Source: Cirrosporium novae-zelandiae (Eukaryota). From it: a stretch of DNA of 64,000 nucleotides. A program made the position numbers and the translations under genes. Every line of letters begins with the position of its first letter. The first letter of the stretch is position 1. Below, piece after piece: positions 13,010 through 27,616 of this stretch. The stretch covers positions 1 through 64,000 of the forward strand of contig JAPETS010000006.1 in assembly GCA_026023565.1 (NCBI GenBank). The letters are read 5' to 3'. The notes beneath the pieces are model-generated. The model was not told where the DNA came from. It was given only the letters and a program-made list of their open reading frames with translations, and did not search any database.

Positions 13010-13780
13010 CTAAGCTTGTTGCATCGAAGGCCATTTCTCACTGTAGGCTTTGACGATGCGGTGAGCGCGGAGGGTTTCGATACTTTTTAGAACAAGGGTG
13101 ATCACGAGTGTAGCCCTGGTGAAGTATGTGTTAGCGGAAAGTGATTAAATAGTTAAGGGAAAGAGAGGGGTTGAGTGTCTTTCGCATAAGAAAAAAAAGA
13201 AAGGAATGGAAGCCCAGCTGGTATAAAACCGACCTGAGATATCTAGATAGATAGATCCAAGATCTTCTTCTTTCAGAGAAAGAAAACAAGAAAGGCAGTA
13301 AGAGAGCCAAAACTCACCACTGAAAACTCCCCAAAACGGTCGTTGCCTGAGCCGCATGGCACACCTTTCCACGACAAAACATCAAATCTGCCAAGAAGAT
13401 TGACAGTGCAATCCAGCCCGCAAGCCACATGAACATGGTAATTGCTTCGAGCGCAAGGAGAGCCCATCTGTTCGCAAAGCGCGGATAGTAACGTGGGATG
13501 ATGTATAGGTAGACGAGCGCCAAAGGTGTCCAGGCTGAGATGAAGACCATCGCATTGATTTGGTTAGGAGAAGGGGAGGCCGTATCTGTGTTGTACCAGT
13601 CTGCGACTGTGGTAGGGGTTAGTATCGCTAGGTTCAGGGAGATAGATGAATCGTAGCGAGGGAAGAGGGTAAGCTAAGTTACTACTGACCATATGCACCG
13701 GTTCCCAAGCAGAGAAGAGCAAAGAGAAGTTCAACGACTCGGAGAGAGGTGAGGACAAGAGAGATGGACCAGGTTGCCAT
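13010..13780 (-). CDS. MARVEL-domain four-TM membrane protein; 3 exons
   Basis: Spliced translation MATWSISLVLTSLRVVELLFALLCLGTGAY|VADWYNTDTASPSPNQINAMVFISAWT...LEAITMFMWLAGWIALS...CRGKVCHAAQATTVLGSFQ|WATLVITLV...QA* is a typical fungal MARVEL pattern. Donors GTCAGT and GTGAGT. Confidence 0.85.
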
Positions 13781-14618
13781 TTTGAATGATGTAATCGTCG
13801 TCGCGGTCGAGGTTATAGTCGAGGTCGTAGTCGAGGTCGTAGTGGTAGTCGTCAGGGAAGATATGATGATGATGACGGAGGATGATGTTGATAGAGAAGG
13901 TCAGAATGATATTTTCGAGGGAAGATATCTCTTGTTTCTATTGAAGGTGGGGGAGGGGGGGTGTTGGTTGGAAGATCTGGGCCTGCAGAAGAAATGTGGG
14001 AACCAAAAGGTTGGAGGTTGGGTAAGGTATGGTACGAAAGATCCAACAATATCAAACTGTGAATGCGAAGGAGAAATGAATGAAGTGAAGTGAAGTGAAT
14101 TGTGTGACTTTGGATAACTGCATCAAGCAGAATCAATCAATCGAATCAATCGTATTGTCAGTCAGAAAGGAGCGATACAAAAAAAGTTGTAGTTGGCGTT
14201 GGCAAAAAGAAAAAGAGGATTGAATGGTCTAGTAAAGACATGCTCATTTCCCCAAATAGTCAGCAATAGTTCAAAGGCTATGTGGAGGGAAGATCTGATA
14301 CTAAATCTCAAACATGTTACAGACTTTCGCATTCCGATAAAAGGTTGGATGGATAGCAATGACGGCGGCCCCCTTCATCCTTGTAAAGAAAACCCCCTGT
14401 CACTCAATGTCGGGGTTATCCACTCAAATGTCAAACTAACTCTACTGATGAAACTCAATTTACGCGTTAACTCACCTCCAGTTCAATTTCATCGTCTCTT
14501 GGCTACCCTTGGCTACCATTTTCTTATATAATGTTAATTGATTCCAACGTCTTGGCTATAGATCTTTCTGCTCTAAACTATACAAGTACAAAGTACACAA
14601 GTACACAAGTACGCACTG

Positions 14619-17028
14619 TTATAGTTTTGCTTTCATGTTATCTTCCATGCTTGTCGTCTGTCCACCAGCATTCTTCTTCTTTTCTATGTCTTGTGCTGCA
14701 TGAAATTCATCGTATAGCTGGTCTAGCCTTTCCCGGTATTGCTTCGCCGTTTGTGGACGCTTGAGCTTGAGCCTGCACGGTGGTTCATCAGTAACACTAA
14801 TCAAATCTTCATAACAAGAACAACTTACGTCGGTGTCAAGAGCTCATTCTCAATTGAGAATGGTTCTATTTCTAACCAGCAGTTTCTAACTCTCTCAAAG
14901 CCCTGGAATTTATTCCGTTTCGCCACCCCCTCAAGATCTCTGACCACAGCCTTCCTTACCTTTTCATCCTTGACTAATTCATCCACTTCCTCCGTCCTGA
15001 CTGTTCGTCCCAAAATGTGATGGTGTGTGAGCCAGCCAGCAAAAGCATCCGCCTGGACGCCCAGAATCCCGACTAGGCAATCTCGATGCGAATCACCATG
15101 AACATATGCCTGCGAAAGGTAGTTGCAATTCGAGAGAATTACATTCTCAATGCGTTCAGGGGATATATACTCTCCATGAGATAGCTTCAGCACATTCTTT
15201 CGACGATCAATAATAGCAAAACGTCCCAGACCGTCGATGGTGCAAATATCACCTGTACGGAACCATCCATCTTCCGTCCAAGCCTTGGCAGTTTCCTCCG
15301 GGTCGCGATAGTATTCTGTAAAGCAGTTTGGACCACGGATAAGGAGCTCTCCACGTGGGAATGGCTTGTCGGTAGAATGATACTCCATGTCCGGGACATC
15401 CATGAGACAGCACTCAGAAACCGGGGCTACGGAACCGCAGTTCCCAGAGCTGAGGTCATCTTCCTGCTGGCAAAGGCCCACAGCATATGATTCGGTGAGA
15501 CCGTAGCCTTGAACGAACGTGTTACAAAAAACAATGCGCAGGAATTGTTGAAGGGAGGGATCTAGAGGAGCAGATCCAGATACCATGTATTTACATCGAT
15601 CTAACCCTAGTGTCCTGCTGACCTTGTTCGCCCATATGCGGTCATACGCCCAATGTGTGTGGGTGGGTGCTTTCCCTTTCGGTGGTTTTGTGAGAGCAGC
15701 GAGTTTGGTGGAGATAACGTGGCGGGAGAGAGCCCCACGGAAACCCGTGGCTTCCAGAGTATTACCTTTGATTGCACCGCCAAACCGGTTATATAGACGC
15801 GGTACAGAGGGAAGAAGCGTTGGACGCAACGCCGTTAGATCATCAACTAGCTCAAGCATGTTACCATGGAAATAACCGATACAGCCACCAGCCCAGAGCA
15901 TTCCATGTTCAGTCATCCGAGCGTAAATATGCGCCAATGGAAGATATGAACATAGAATATCGTTCGCCCCTGTACCAATACTTGTCACGGAGCATGTTGC
16001 TGCTGCAACGGCTGCCGATTGTGTGAGAATAACGCCCTTTGGAGGTCCAGTGGTTCCAGAGGTATAGTTGATGGTAATAAAATCGGTTGGCTTTGGGGGG
16101 TTATAAGGTCGATCTAGCGATTTTCCGAGTTCTTCAACTTGCGTAATCGTGTATATCTCTACTCCGCAATTTTTAGATATTTTCGACAGCAAATCAAACT
16201 TGGAATAGCCCGGTTGATCTCTACCATCATCGAGAGCATCCAAAGACACGATGAACTTCAGGTTTGGCAAATGAGGCTTTAGTTTGAGAAGCATTGGGAT
16301 ATGGGGCAGAGATGCAACGACGCAATGCAGCGACGCATGGTTAATAATGTATTCGGCAGCATCTGGTCCCAAGGTATCATATATAGACACCGTGTAAAGA
16401 GATTGGGACTGGCACGCAAGATCTAAGGAAGCATTTGTTAGCTTTCAATTTATTAACCTTACCAATATCGCTAGGAGTCGTACCAGTGATTTGCCACTCT
16501 GGACGATTTTGACACCACAATCCAATTCCAAAGCTCTCGTCTACAACACCAGCCCCGCGATGCAGCTCAACCAAACCCACGCCAAAATTAGCTCGTCTGC
16601 GTTGCACGGTTTGATAATCCATCCATTGATACGGTCCGTAGCTTTTCTTGTCTGCGTTGTACGATCGGTACCCGAGGCATGGACGGTGCGGCTGCCGCTG
16701 AGCTATTTCCCCCATTAGGACGTACATATATATTGAGAAGCACATCCAACATACCTGTCTGCTCAAACATTTCATGGGCAGTCCGTATCTAACCATATTT
16801 TCTTAGTACACTCCTCCCATATTTATTTATTCCATAGGGCCTCACATTTGGATCTAGCGTATCAAGGGGGCCATCTTTAACGAATCTCCAATGTCTATAA
16901 ACCTTGCTTCGTCCTTCTTTTTCCGAACCAGGAACAGGAAGTGAGTATGGTTGACCTGGAGGAGGAGGTGGTACGATCTCTGCTGCCCGTTGCAAATGCG
17001 GAGGCAGAGTGCCGAATAATCCAGCCAT
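14619..17028 (-). CDS. faaB: Long-chain fatty acyl-CoA synthetase, peroxisomal type (FaaB/Faa2-like); 5 exons
   Basis: AMP-binding motifs INYTSGTTGPPKGV, QGYGLTES, GWFRTGD, IIDRRKNVLKLSHGEYISPE and LTPT|LKLKR. The protein ends in the PTS1 tripeptide -AKL. Confidence 0.92.
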
Positions 17029-17723
17029 GTTGCTAGTTTCAATAATCAAAACAAAATTTCCAAAGCGAGACCAGATATTCCTGTCTAGTCTTACGCCAGC
17101 ACGAAAGATGTAAAATCTATCGAACGAGCAGATCTATATATGATTTAGATGAATCTGTTGAAATGTAACTCTGACAGTACTGTTTAGAGCTCAGATCTGT
17201 ATGAGCTCCAAATAAAGGATTTTTTGGTGCCACAAATGATTACACGGACATAACCAAAACACTAAGAGAGAAAAAAAGAAGTTTAAATACAAGAGTAGAG
17301 AGTTTAACACTTGCACCAAGTCAGTAAGTTAATAATCTAAATAGAGTGGAGTGGTTGAAAGGGGGGGGGGGAGGAAGTAATTAGAAAATGAAGAGAGCAG
17401 AAAGGTTAGAAAAAGATGTTTGGAGGGAGGAAGGCTTATGTGAAGGTTGGATGGTGATAGATATTAAGGTAAGGTAAGGAGCTGTGTACAGGAAATCCAA
17501 TGCTTGGACATGACCAAGGTTTTGACCTTTTGGCCTTTTGACCATTAAAAGCTTGAGAAGGTGGTAATTCCAGTAAAATCCAGACTTGTTCATTCGCTTT
17601 AAGCCCCATGCAAGCCTCTTGTGCCTCTGGGGGGCTTCTTTATCATCCATGCATTTCCACTGTCCTTTCAACTCATGTGGAGGTTCGATTTTGGGATCAT
17701 CAGAGAAACTTGTCAAACATGAA

Positions 17724-18715
17724 CCTCGGCAACTTTACAACTGATGTGCAACCCCGATGTTGGCACCTGCTTAGCATCCATCCTGGTTGGGTTGTTTTGT
17801 ATTAGAATATCCACAGTCCTACTAACCGAGGGAGTCCCAAAACAATAGTTACAGGGGCTCTAGCAATTATACAATACAATACACAATAATAGTTATATTA
17901 GGGGAGCTAGTAGTTGGAGCTTACAAAAAAAATATCCACAAAAGGGGGGCCTCAAAAAAAAAAACGAGAATTTAATACATGTAAATAACTGTGTGTGCGT
18001 ACATAGTAATTATGCATCCAAGAAAATTCCCAAACTCCTGGGTCGGCACACCCCCACGGCTGGGTCCTTTTTTTACACACATACATACATACACACATAC
18101 ATACATACAGTACGAGTACGAGGCTTACGTCCCCCCTCAAGAACCGTTACTAAAAACGCACATCCCATCATCTTCTCCATGGATCATTGCCCACTAAGCT
18201 CCTAAAACCTCTTCTTCTTTTTTTTCTTTCCCCCAGACTTTCGCTTCCCCCGCGTTTTCAGCTGTCAATGGCACTCGAACCAAACATCATCTTTCATCGC
18301 TTGGCTGAACCCGCCTATCATACAAGTACCTAAGTTTTTCTTTCTCTTAGCCTGGCTAAGGCTTCCCGGCAAGCCCGGTCGGTTATTCGTATTTCCCATA
18401 CATATGCAATTATCTAATCATATCTTACATACAAAGCAGCATCCATGATGTCTATCACGTTTTTTTTTTTTTCAGCTTTTCATCTAACCAGGCTGGCGGG
18501 TTGTCCAATTAATCACAAAATGGAAATAATCATTTGCCTTTTTCTGGCTGCGGTGTGTATGTATGCGTATGTATTTTGTGTATTCTTTCACATGCGTGCC
18601 TTCCCTCCTTTCCCGCTTGCCTTTCCTTCCGAAAAGTTATTGCTGTTGGCCCGAACCCCTCACTTCATCAAAGAGAATGAAGAAGTCCCAAGACTCGATC
18701 GACTGTGGACCGAGG
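17724..18715. promoter_or_regulatory. Three CCTCGG/CCGAGG (FarA/CTF1-type fatty-acid response) motifs upstream of the acyl-CoA synthetase
   Basis: CCTCGG at 17724-17729, CCGAGG at 17826-17831 and 18710-18715. This motif is established for Aspergillus FarA/FarB targets. Confidence 0.45.
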
Positions 18716-19113
18716 TATAATTTATAATGCTTATATCCTTTAGCTCACGTGCCAAGTAAGCCGCGGTACTTCTAGGTAATTTAATCCAATACATCCAATA
18801 CTTTATACTTTACTCGAGTACTCCTTTACTCTAAAAAATGACTAGTTATGAATCATCCGCCTTCACACAGAATGACATCGAAAATCTGTCTTTAATAGCA
18901 TCCTGGAGTCGCCCCTTGACCTCCCTGGAACCTGATGTTTTCTACACAAAAAAAGCCATTTCCACAGTATTATGAATATCCAGTGAATTTATTGAACATT
19001 TTACAAAATCATCAGTCATCTAGCGTCTAGGTACGCATTGCAAGAACACCGCCCTCCCAAATTCGCAGAGGAAAGGAGTAGTATCATCATAACAAGGATG
19101 ATGATCAAATTTC

Positions 19114-20765
<1,652 letters not shown>

Positions 20766-21667
20766 TATTGTGAATAGCTCGAGCTCAAGAATGCTCAGTA
20801 ACGCAAGGTAAGTGTACTTAGGAGAGAGGTACAACAGCAAACTTTTGGGAGAGTGGACTGAAGAAGTAAAAAAGGTACAGGGAGGAAGTATGTGGGAAGA
20901 AATGAGAGGGTGATAAAAATGTATTCCTAGTAAATCTGTGTCGAGAATGGAATGAATAATGGAAGAAAAGGCAGCTCTTACTCCACAGTAACCTTTTTAG
21001 ATCTACCTATGCCATTTCCCTGGCCTATTGCGTGATACCAACTCTGTCCTACCAGAGCTCTTTCACGGTCCGAGAATCGGGGCTGGATGGTAAAGAGGCT
21101 TGAAAATTTTAAGGATCCAGTGACTTCATCATTGGGGAAGGGGTTTTTTTTGGTACTATCTCACTTTGTATATGCCTCTAAATATCTCTTAGACGATACT
21201 ACATAATTATAATCAATATCATTAAACCATTGTCTGCTGATTTTTGCGATAATTGTGACAATTGCGACGATTGCGACAATTGATCCGCCGTCATCTTACG
21301 GTGGTTATCGGAATGAGGGGCATTTGACATTTGCAAATTTGCTGCGGGGTAACGATGACGAGACAAATTCCCAGAGGAACACCAAAGTCAGGGTTCGGTT
21401 GAGATTTACAAGGGCTTAAATTCAAACTTATCCACTTATTCCTCCACACACTTCACTCTATACCTAAAATGGCAAGATTAATTAACTACCGCTTCTGTGC
21501 TTGCTATATGCTTCAATATCCTATGTAATGTACCTTATGTTAAGAGTTAGCATCTCATAAATCTCTTTCCCTATCCTCTACCACTCCTCCGCCTAACCAT
21601 CTAAACCCGGTGTACGGGGTATCAGTACTCAAAATACTAATAAAAGAGACGAAGTACACTGGCCCTC

Positions 21668-24550
21668 TCATTTCCTTGAGACCTTTATCTTTGGGATAAT
21701 CCACGCTCCCAACCAACCACCTTCGCCGTCACTCTCTGGAACTTCAACGCTAATCTCCCGTTTATTCTTTAGACTCTCCTTCACAAGCCCAACTCCAACT
21801 CCAACCATAATCGCCACCCTTTTTGCCTCCTTCTTGACGCGCTCAGTCCACTCGGCCTCTACGCCGATATATCTCATCTCCGTAGGTTTAAGCTCCACTA
21901 GTCGGTCAACTCCTTTTTTTGCTCTGCCGACTGCCTCTTCCGCACGAGACAGGAGAGAAGCGGTTGAGACTTGAGGCATATTCACAGACTCGGTGAAGGC
22001 TTTGTAAGACGGGAATGGGGGAGACATAATAACGTCAAACGGATGAAAGCGGTGCGGATACTGGAGTTCTGGATCTGCATAGGATCCCTCCGTAGTTTTA
22101 TCTGGTGATGTTGAAAACATATTTGACTTTGACGGTGGAACCCGTCCCAAAAGAGTATATAATAGATGCAGCGAAGTAGCAAGTTCCCCTATTGCAGTTG
22201 CATGGGCTCTCGCAAACTCTATGAATCCGACATGCTTTTGCTGAAGGAACTGGTTGTGTTGTGATTCATGTAGGGCAGAAAATTCTCGAATCCGGAATAA
22301 ATGATCAAGGAGAATTCGGGAAATAGCGGAGAGATACCAGTATACAGCCGGAAGCTCTCGAGATTGGTATATACAGAGTTCGCATCCTAAAAGAATAATT
22401 TGTTGCATCATCCGAAGCTTGTGATAAAATGCCCAGGAACAAAGTGGGAGTGCTAATTCTGGCATGCTCCCAACATATGGATGGAGGTTATGATGGGTGT
22501 CTTCGGCCTAGCAATAAGATGAGTGAGATAATTACGAAGGGGAGGAGTTGAAAGATAAATATAAGATTTCACAGTTAAAACATACAAATATCTGAAGATT
22601 ATCCCAATCTGGAAGCATATTGCAAAGCATGCGGCGCATGCGGGAACGGTTCATGCAACAAGCACGAAAATAATCTAAAAGGTACTATAAGGAAGAATAT
22701 TAATGCCCTAAACAAAATAAAATGTCAAAATGGAGGACTAACAGGGTATGCCTTAATCACAAATTCATCCATCACCTTGGCAATTTTATGCCTAGGATCA
22801 GTCGGCACTTCTACACCTGCGTTCTCCGGGGACAGGAGGATATCCGCCGGTAGAACCACTTCAGCAAGGTCATCAAGGAAGAAATCACCGACAGGTATGG
22901 CTCCTAACGCAGTGGAAGGCTGGGTTGGGTCACTTTCTTGAAATAGGAAGCTTTGAATTATGGACCGAGCATAGACCAAAGGTTGTGGTTTACGGGACTG
23001 CAAAACGTCTACGATTGTCTGCAGCGAAACTCTTAATAAGTCCTATTCGTATAATGAGAAGTTGTATACTTACAGATAGATTAACTGTACCGTTGTAGTC
23101 TAACACTTTCTCCGCGTCAATCGCGTCCTGACATAGCTGTTTTAGACATGAAAAGGCCTCATCAAACTTGACCGTCACCATCGGTCTGGGTGGCACTGTG
23201 CTGGCAAGCTTTCGCTGGATCTTGACGCTGAAGGCTTCAGGGACAGGTTTTCCGCATTTTGTGCCCTCGATTCCAGACAGTCCAAAAGAGCACTGCCGCC
23301 ATGCATTGCTTCCTTCTCCAGTGCTAGGATCGACTGCCGAGAGGAACGACATACGAAACGCTAAACGGAATGATAAGGCACGGAATACATCTTGGTCAAT
23401 AGATTCGTAGTCTTTTGCCAGACATGCCCTTGCTTCACGAAGGAGGTTCATAATGCTGCCTGTCTCGAAATCGACCAGAAGCTTTCTATTGTAGGTATTG
23501 GTTACAAAATCTTCCTCCTAATTTGGGGTTATTGCTTCAAATTACTTATAAAGAAGAGTGGGAAAGACCATAAATGGTCTGAATGGAGATACTCACCTCA
23601 TAATAGCTCTCGCTGCCAACAGTCCGGAGGACGAAATCACAGCATTTAATTGTAGCTAAACAATATGCCCTGAGAATACTGTGCAGCATCATGTTTTCAT
23701 TGCCATCAGGTTGTCCTCGGTCAAATCGAGCTTCTGCCAGCGTTTCAGGGTCAGGCCATAGAAGCTTATCAATATAAAGTGAAGTAAACAAAGTCTGAGA
23801 TAGCGGATGACCCATGTGCCATGCTACCTGTGGCTTCAGTCAGTTCTATTCTTCTTTCTATTCTCTTTTCATGTCATCTATCGCTTATCAACAAGCCATA
23901 ATAGCCATTTAAAGAATTAGTTGAACTGAAGGAAATGCTGAGGATTCCTAGAAAGCCGGTTCCCCTACTGGATTTAGTTGTATGGGATACGCACTTCAAG
24001 ACAGAGCATTTGATCCATAATTCCTACAACCTCTTCCGGCAGCAATTGTCGTAATATATCGTAATCATCCTCAAGCAATTCCCCGGGTTCAAGGAAACCA
24101 CTATCCATTTTCGGATCCATAATCTGGAAAACCGTTAGAACCCGAAACCACCAAAAAAAAAGTTGACATTCAAACTGACCTCCAGTGCGCTGACAGATTC
24201 GAATAAAGTAAAGGACTCATCTTTGATAAGCTGACCAGTCTTCAAGGCTGATATTCCAGTTAATTAGACACCCTACGGCACTTGGGATAATCATGAAAAC
24301 CAACTGGACGCTGCCTCAAGGAATTCCTTTGTGATGTCTCTCGTATTGCGTAGCCTTGGTTGCGGCTTTGGGGGTTCGCTCATTTCAAAAGATTTTTGCC
24401 CTTCCAATGCTTGACTTTCCCCTCCCACCTCGAGGTGCAAGTTTGATAGGTCTAGGGCGGAACATACATCAGATTGACTGATTCTACGGCTCCGAACGGG
24501 GAAAGCCAAATACCTTTTTCGAGACCATTTGGCACTCCATCTAAATCCAT
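21668..24550 (-). CDS. MAK10: NatC N-acetyltransferase auxiliary subunit Mak10/Naa35; multi-exon
   Basis: RDITKEFLEAAS|ALKTGQLIKDESFTLFESVSALE|IMDPKMDSG, AWHMGHPLSQTLFTSLY, YYE|EEDFVTNTY, MNRSRMRRMLC, LGCELCIYQSRELPAVYWYL. The start at 24550 (MDLDGVPNGLEK|D) is inferred from intron phase. Confidence 0.9.
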
Positions 24551-24804
24551 AGCCTCGGGCGCATTCCGGTTGTTGTTACATGTATTGGTTTTGGCTGTAC
24601 AAGGTAGAGATGAGATGGGTAGAAATTAATTATTTGGGGAATCTGCAAAAATCTAAAATAGGCAAGCGAGAAAGAGCTTGAGCGGCATGGCATTGATTCG
24701 AGAGAGCATCAGAACCTGCAATACAGTATTTACAACCCCTTCAACTCGACCAACCCAACCTCAATTGCCACAACTCCCTGCATTCCTGTTCTATTGAAGT
24801 CCAC

Positions 24805-25154
24805 CTAATTGTGTCCTTGACCAGCCGACCCTGACATTGCACTTGCGTTTGCTTGGGCTAGATTTTGATTCTCGCCTTGTTTGCCGCCCTATATACCAAA
24901 ACGAAATGGTAAGCCTTGAAAAGTATCTCAATATCCTCAGCGATTGTTTCTCACCTCCCACTTGGCGAATCGCAAATCCATCTCCCCTCGTCTTTCGGCT
25001 ACGAGTCGTGGTTGCTCTTTGAGAGATCGCCGGACTGCGCGGGCTGCGACGGCTAGGTACCGATTGTATCTTCAGCACTTATTAGTTTTGGAAGTATAGA
25101 GTCTCCAATTTAGGAGACTTACGTGAGGCCAGCGGCCTTCCAAGCAAATGCCAT
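24805..25154 (-). CDS. ATP15: Mitochondrial F1 ATP synthase epsilon subunit (introns 25070-25122, 24889-24954); not captured by the ORF track
   Basis: Spliced: MAFAWKAAGLT|YNRYLAVAARAVRRSLKEQPRLVAERRGEMDLRFAKWE|GGKQGENQNLAQANASAMSGSAGQGHN*. Confidence 0.95.
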
Positions 25155-25599
25155 GTTTAATGTGATTGAATTGGTAACTGAGAGCTGAGTGGAGAGTGAT
25201 GAATACTGGGGGAGCGGAAGCTTGGTTGATTGTTAGAGGATCTGGAGTTGTTGGAGCCAAGATGACCCAAATCGTTCTAGTTCCTCTCGTCCCGAACATT
25301 CTTGCATGTCTTGCTAGCCCGTAAACTCTACACTCACCACCAAGCCAGATATCCCAACTTGGGAAAAGAAAATCAATAAATGAAGATCGAACTATAGGTT
25401 TGTTGGGAATGGCTAGATGATCTGAGAATTAAACTACGGGCAACTTGGCCCTTGTTTTTTTAAAAAAACAATTGGTATATATACTCTACGGGAAATGTGA
25501 TAAGACTTCTTTCATCAGCTATATCGCAGAGAAAGAGTTGCTCCATCCTCCTTACCCGCTATGATACAAGCACATCTCCTTTTTAAATCAGCGGTGGCT

Positions 25600-27194
25600 T
25601 TATACTTGAAGGCCTATTTCCTCAGCAAATGGAAGGAGGTATAGATCTCCAACGGTAGATACACTGGCTTTGCTCTCGAGGAGTGATTTCGCAGCCTTCA
25701 AAGGCAGAAACGTTAGCTTTTGTATAAAATAGAATGGGCATTCATATAAAAGATTTTGAGACATACCTGCTTCAATTTATCCTCGGTGACAGAGGCAATG
25801 CCTTGAGCTATTTCATCAATCTGGAGGGGCTTGCCTGCCTGGACAAGGCCGGTTCCGGTGGCCTCCATCCCAGCATCAATGTCTTGACCAGCTTCCAAGG
25901 CCTTAAATCTGGCCGTCGCAACTGCCTTCTGGAAATCTTCCTTGCTTACTTGGCCAGCTGCAACGCTCTTAATAGTCTTTACGACCTCCTCGCTCATACT
26001 CCGGACCTGACTAGCTTTTCCAGTAATAGAAACATAAAAAAGGCCAGCATCAGAGTAACCTGCGTTCTGAGTTGCGACATGAGCCTGAGGGAACGATGAT
26101 ACCGCTTTCGAGAGCAGCGAGAAACCAGGGGACCACTTGATATTAGATTCACCACCAAGCAATGCTGCAAGAACTGGCAATTCAGGTTTGTAAGAGCTAC
26201 CAGTGAAGGAGCTCGATCCAGAGAAACCAAGAACCATTGCATTTCCGGAGTCGTGAGCAATTCTTTCTTCACCACCAAAATATTTAGAGGCTTGGCTTTC
26301 CAACTTCAAACCCTCCGGATAAGCATCAGAGCTATCCTTAAAGAACTCTCCTATCCACTTAGAAACCTCCTCCTGATTAGCTCCATTTGCTACTATAGCA
26401 AAGTTTGGCTTGGAATAAGCTGCAACGCTAAAAGCAGACAGGTGTTTTGCGTCCAAGTATTTGGTCAAAGGCGAGGATGAAGTAGGATGAAGAGGGACAC
26501 CAAGACCCCGATGGAACGCAACGCCGTGTGCGGAGTTGAGAGCCAACTCTAAAGGTGAACCAAGAATGCTCTTTCGTGCTAACTCGATGGTAGGAATAAC
26601 TTCTTCTGCAAGTTCGTGGTCTAAAGTGAAATTAGTACAAGTACCTTCTTCACATCCTACAACATACTCGTATATTTTGTTTTTGAGATGACTTCCCCCA
26701 ACAATTCGGCGAAATATGGCAAGTCATCTCGCAAGAATTTGGCTCCAATAACCAAGTTCTCCCTGGTGTGATAGGTATACAAATCACCTCCTAATAACTC
26801 TACTTCGCGGGTTACGCGCAGAGCAGACCGTTTTTCGGTTGACTGTAAACGTAATTAGAACCTGACTATCATGCAAGTGAATAATAAAATAGTGGGGTGA
26901 ATCCAAAGGTCCCGGATAGGACTCTTAAAAGCGTACCTTGAACGCAAACTGCTGCAGACCTTCGGAATAGCCTGGAAGTGGTTGATACCGTGTACCGGCT
27001 TTGGCCACAACAGCCAGAGTGGTTGTTGGACCTGGGAGATCTCTACTGGCGAATTTCACACCATTAGAATCACCGGTTGCGTATTGGAAGGATCCTGAAG
27101 CGGCAGCGGCCATGCCGCGGCGGTTGATTGGTTTAGAACATTGCCGGAAGGCGACACGGCGGGCGTTCTGAGAAAGAGAGGAGCGGGCCAGCAT
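25600..27194 (-). CDS. QCR2: Cytochrome bc1 complex core protein 2; 4 exons
   Basis: Mitochondrial presequence MLARSSLSQNARR, VVAKAGTRYQP, FK|STEKRSALRVTREVELLGG, AHGVAFHRGLG, YSDAGLF, ends VGDLYLLPFAEEIGLQV*. Confidence 0.95.
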
Positions 27195-27413
27195 GATGAA
27201 AAGAATGAGGAGAGAGGTCTGGCCTAGGTCAATTGCCAATTGAAGATGAGGTTGTTGGAGCTTTCGCACCTACGGAAGGGTTGGATTGTTAACTTCTCGT
27301 AGCAGGGCTGATTCGGATTACATTATGTATCTAACCGTATATAGACTAGTACACGGCCTACGAGCGAGCGCATATTGCAAACCCAAACCCCGCGACAATA
27401 TTTATCTGTGTGG

Positions 27414-27439
27414 GAGAGAGAGAGAGAGAGAGAGAGAGA
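27414..27439. repeat. (GA)n microsatellite in the QCR2/RPC82 divergent promoter
   Basis: About 13 GA units, seen directly. Confidence 0.9.
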
Positions 27440-27616
27440 GGTCTGAATCATCTTAATTGTTTTCATCTTGACCAAACTTTAAAAATTCATTTTTGAGTCA
27501 TTCTTTTCACTCAACCTGAGAATGACACACATTTCTCTACTTATCATCATCAACTTCCGGTGACCTTGGTGGAGCTTCTAGAGCTCTCAGCCATATATCT
27601 CTAGAAGTTGGACAGA

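Noticed and set aside
6012..18823. Identical 15-mer TTTACTCGAGTACTC at 6012-6026 and 18809-18823
   Set aside because: One or two shared 15-mers are expected by chance in 64 kb, and the similarity does not extend into the flanks.
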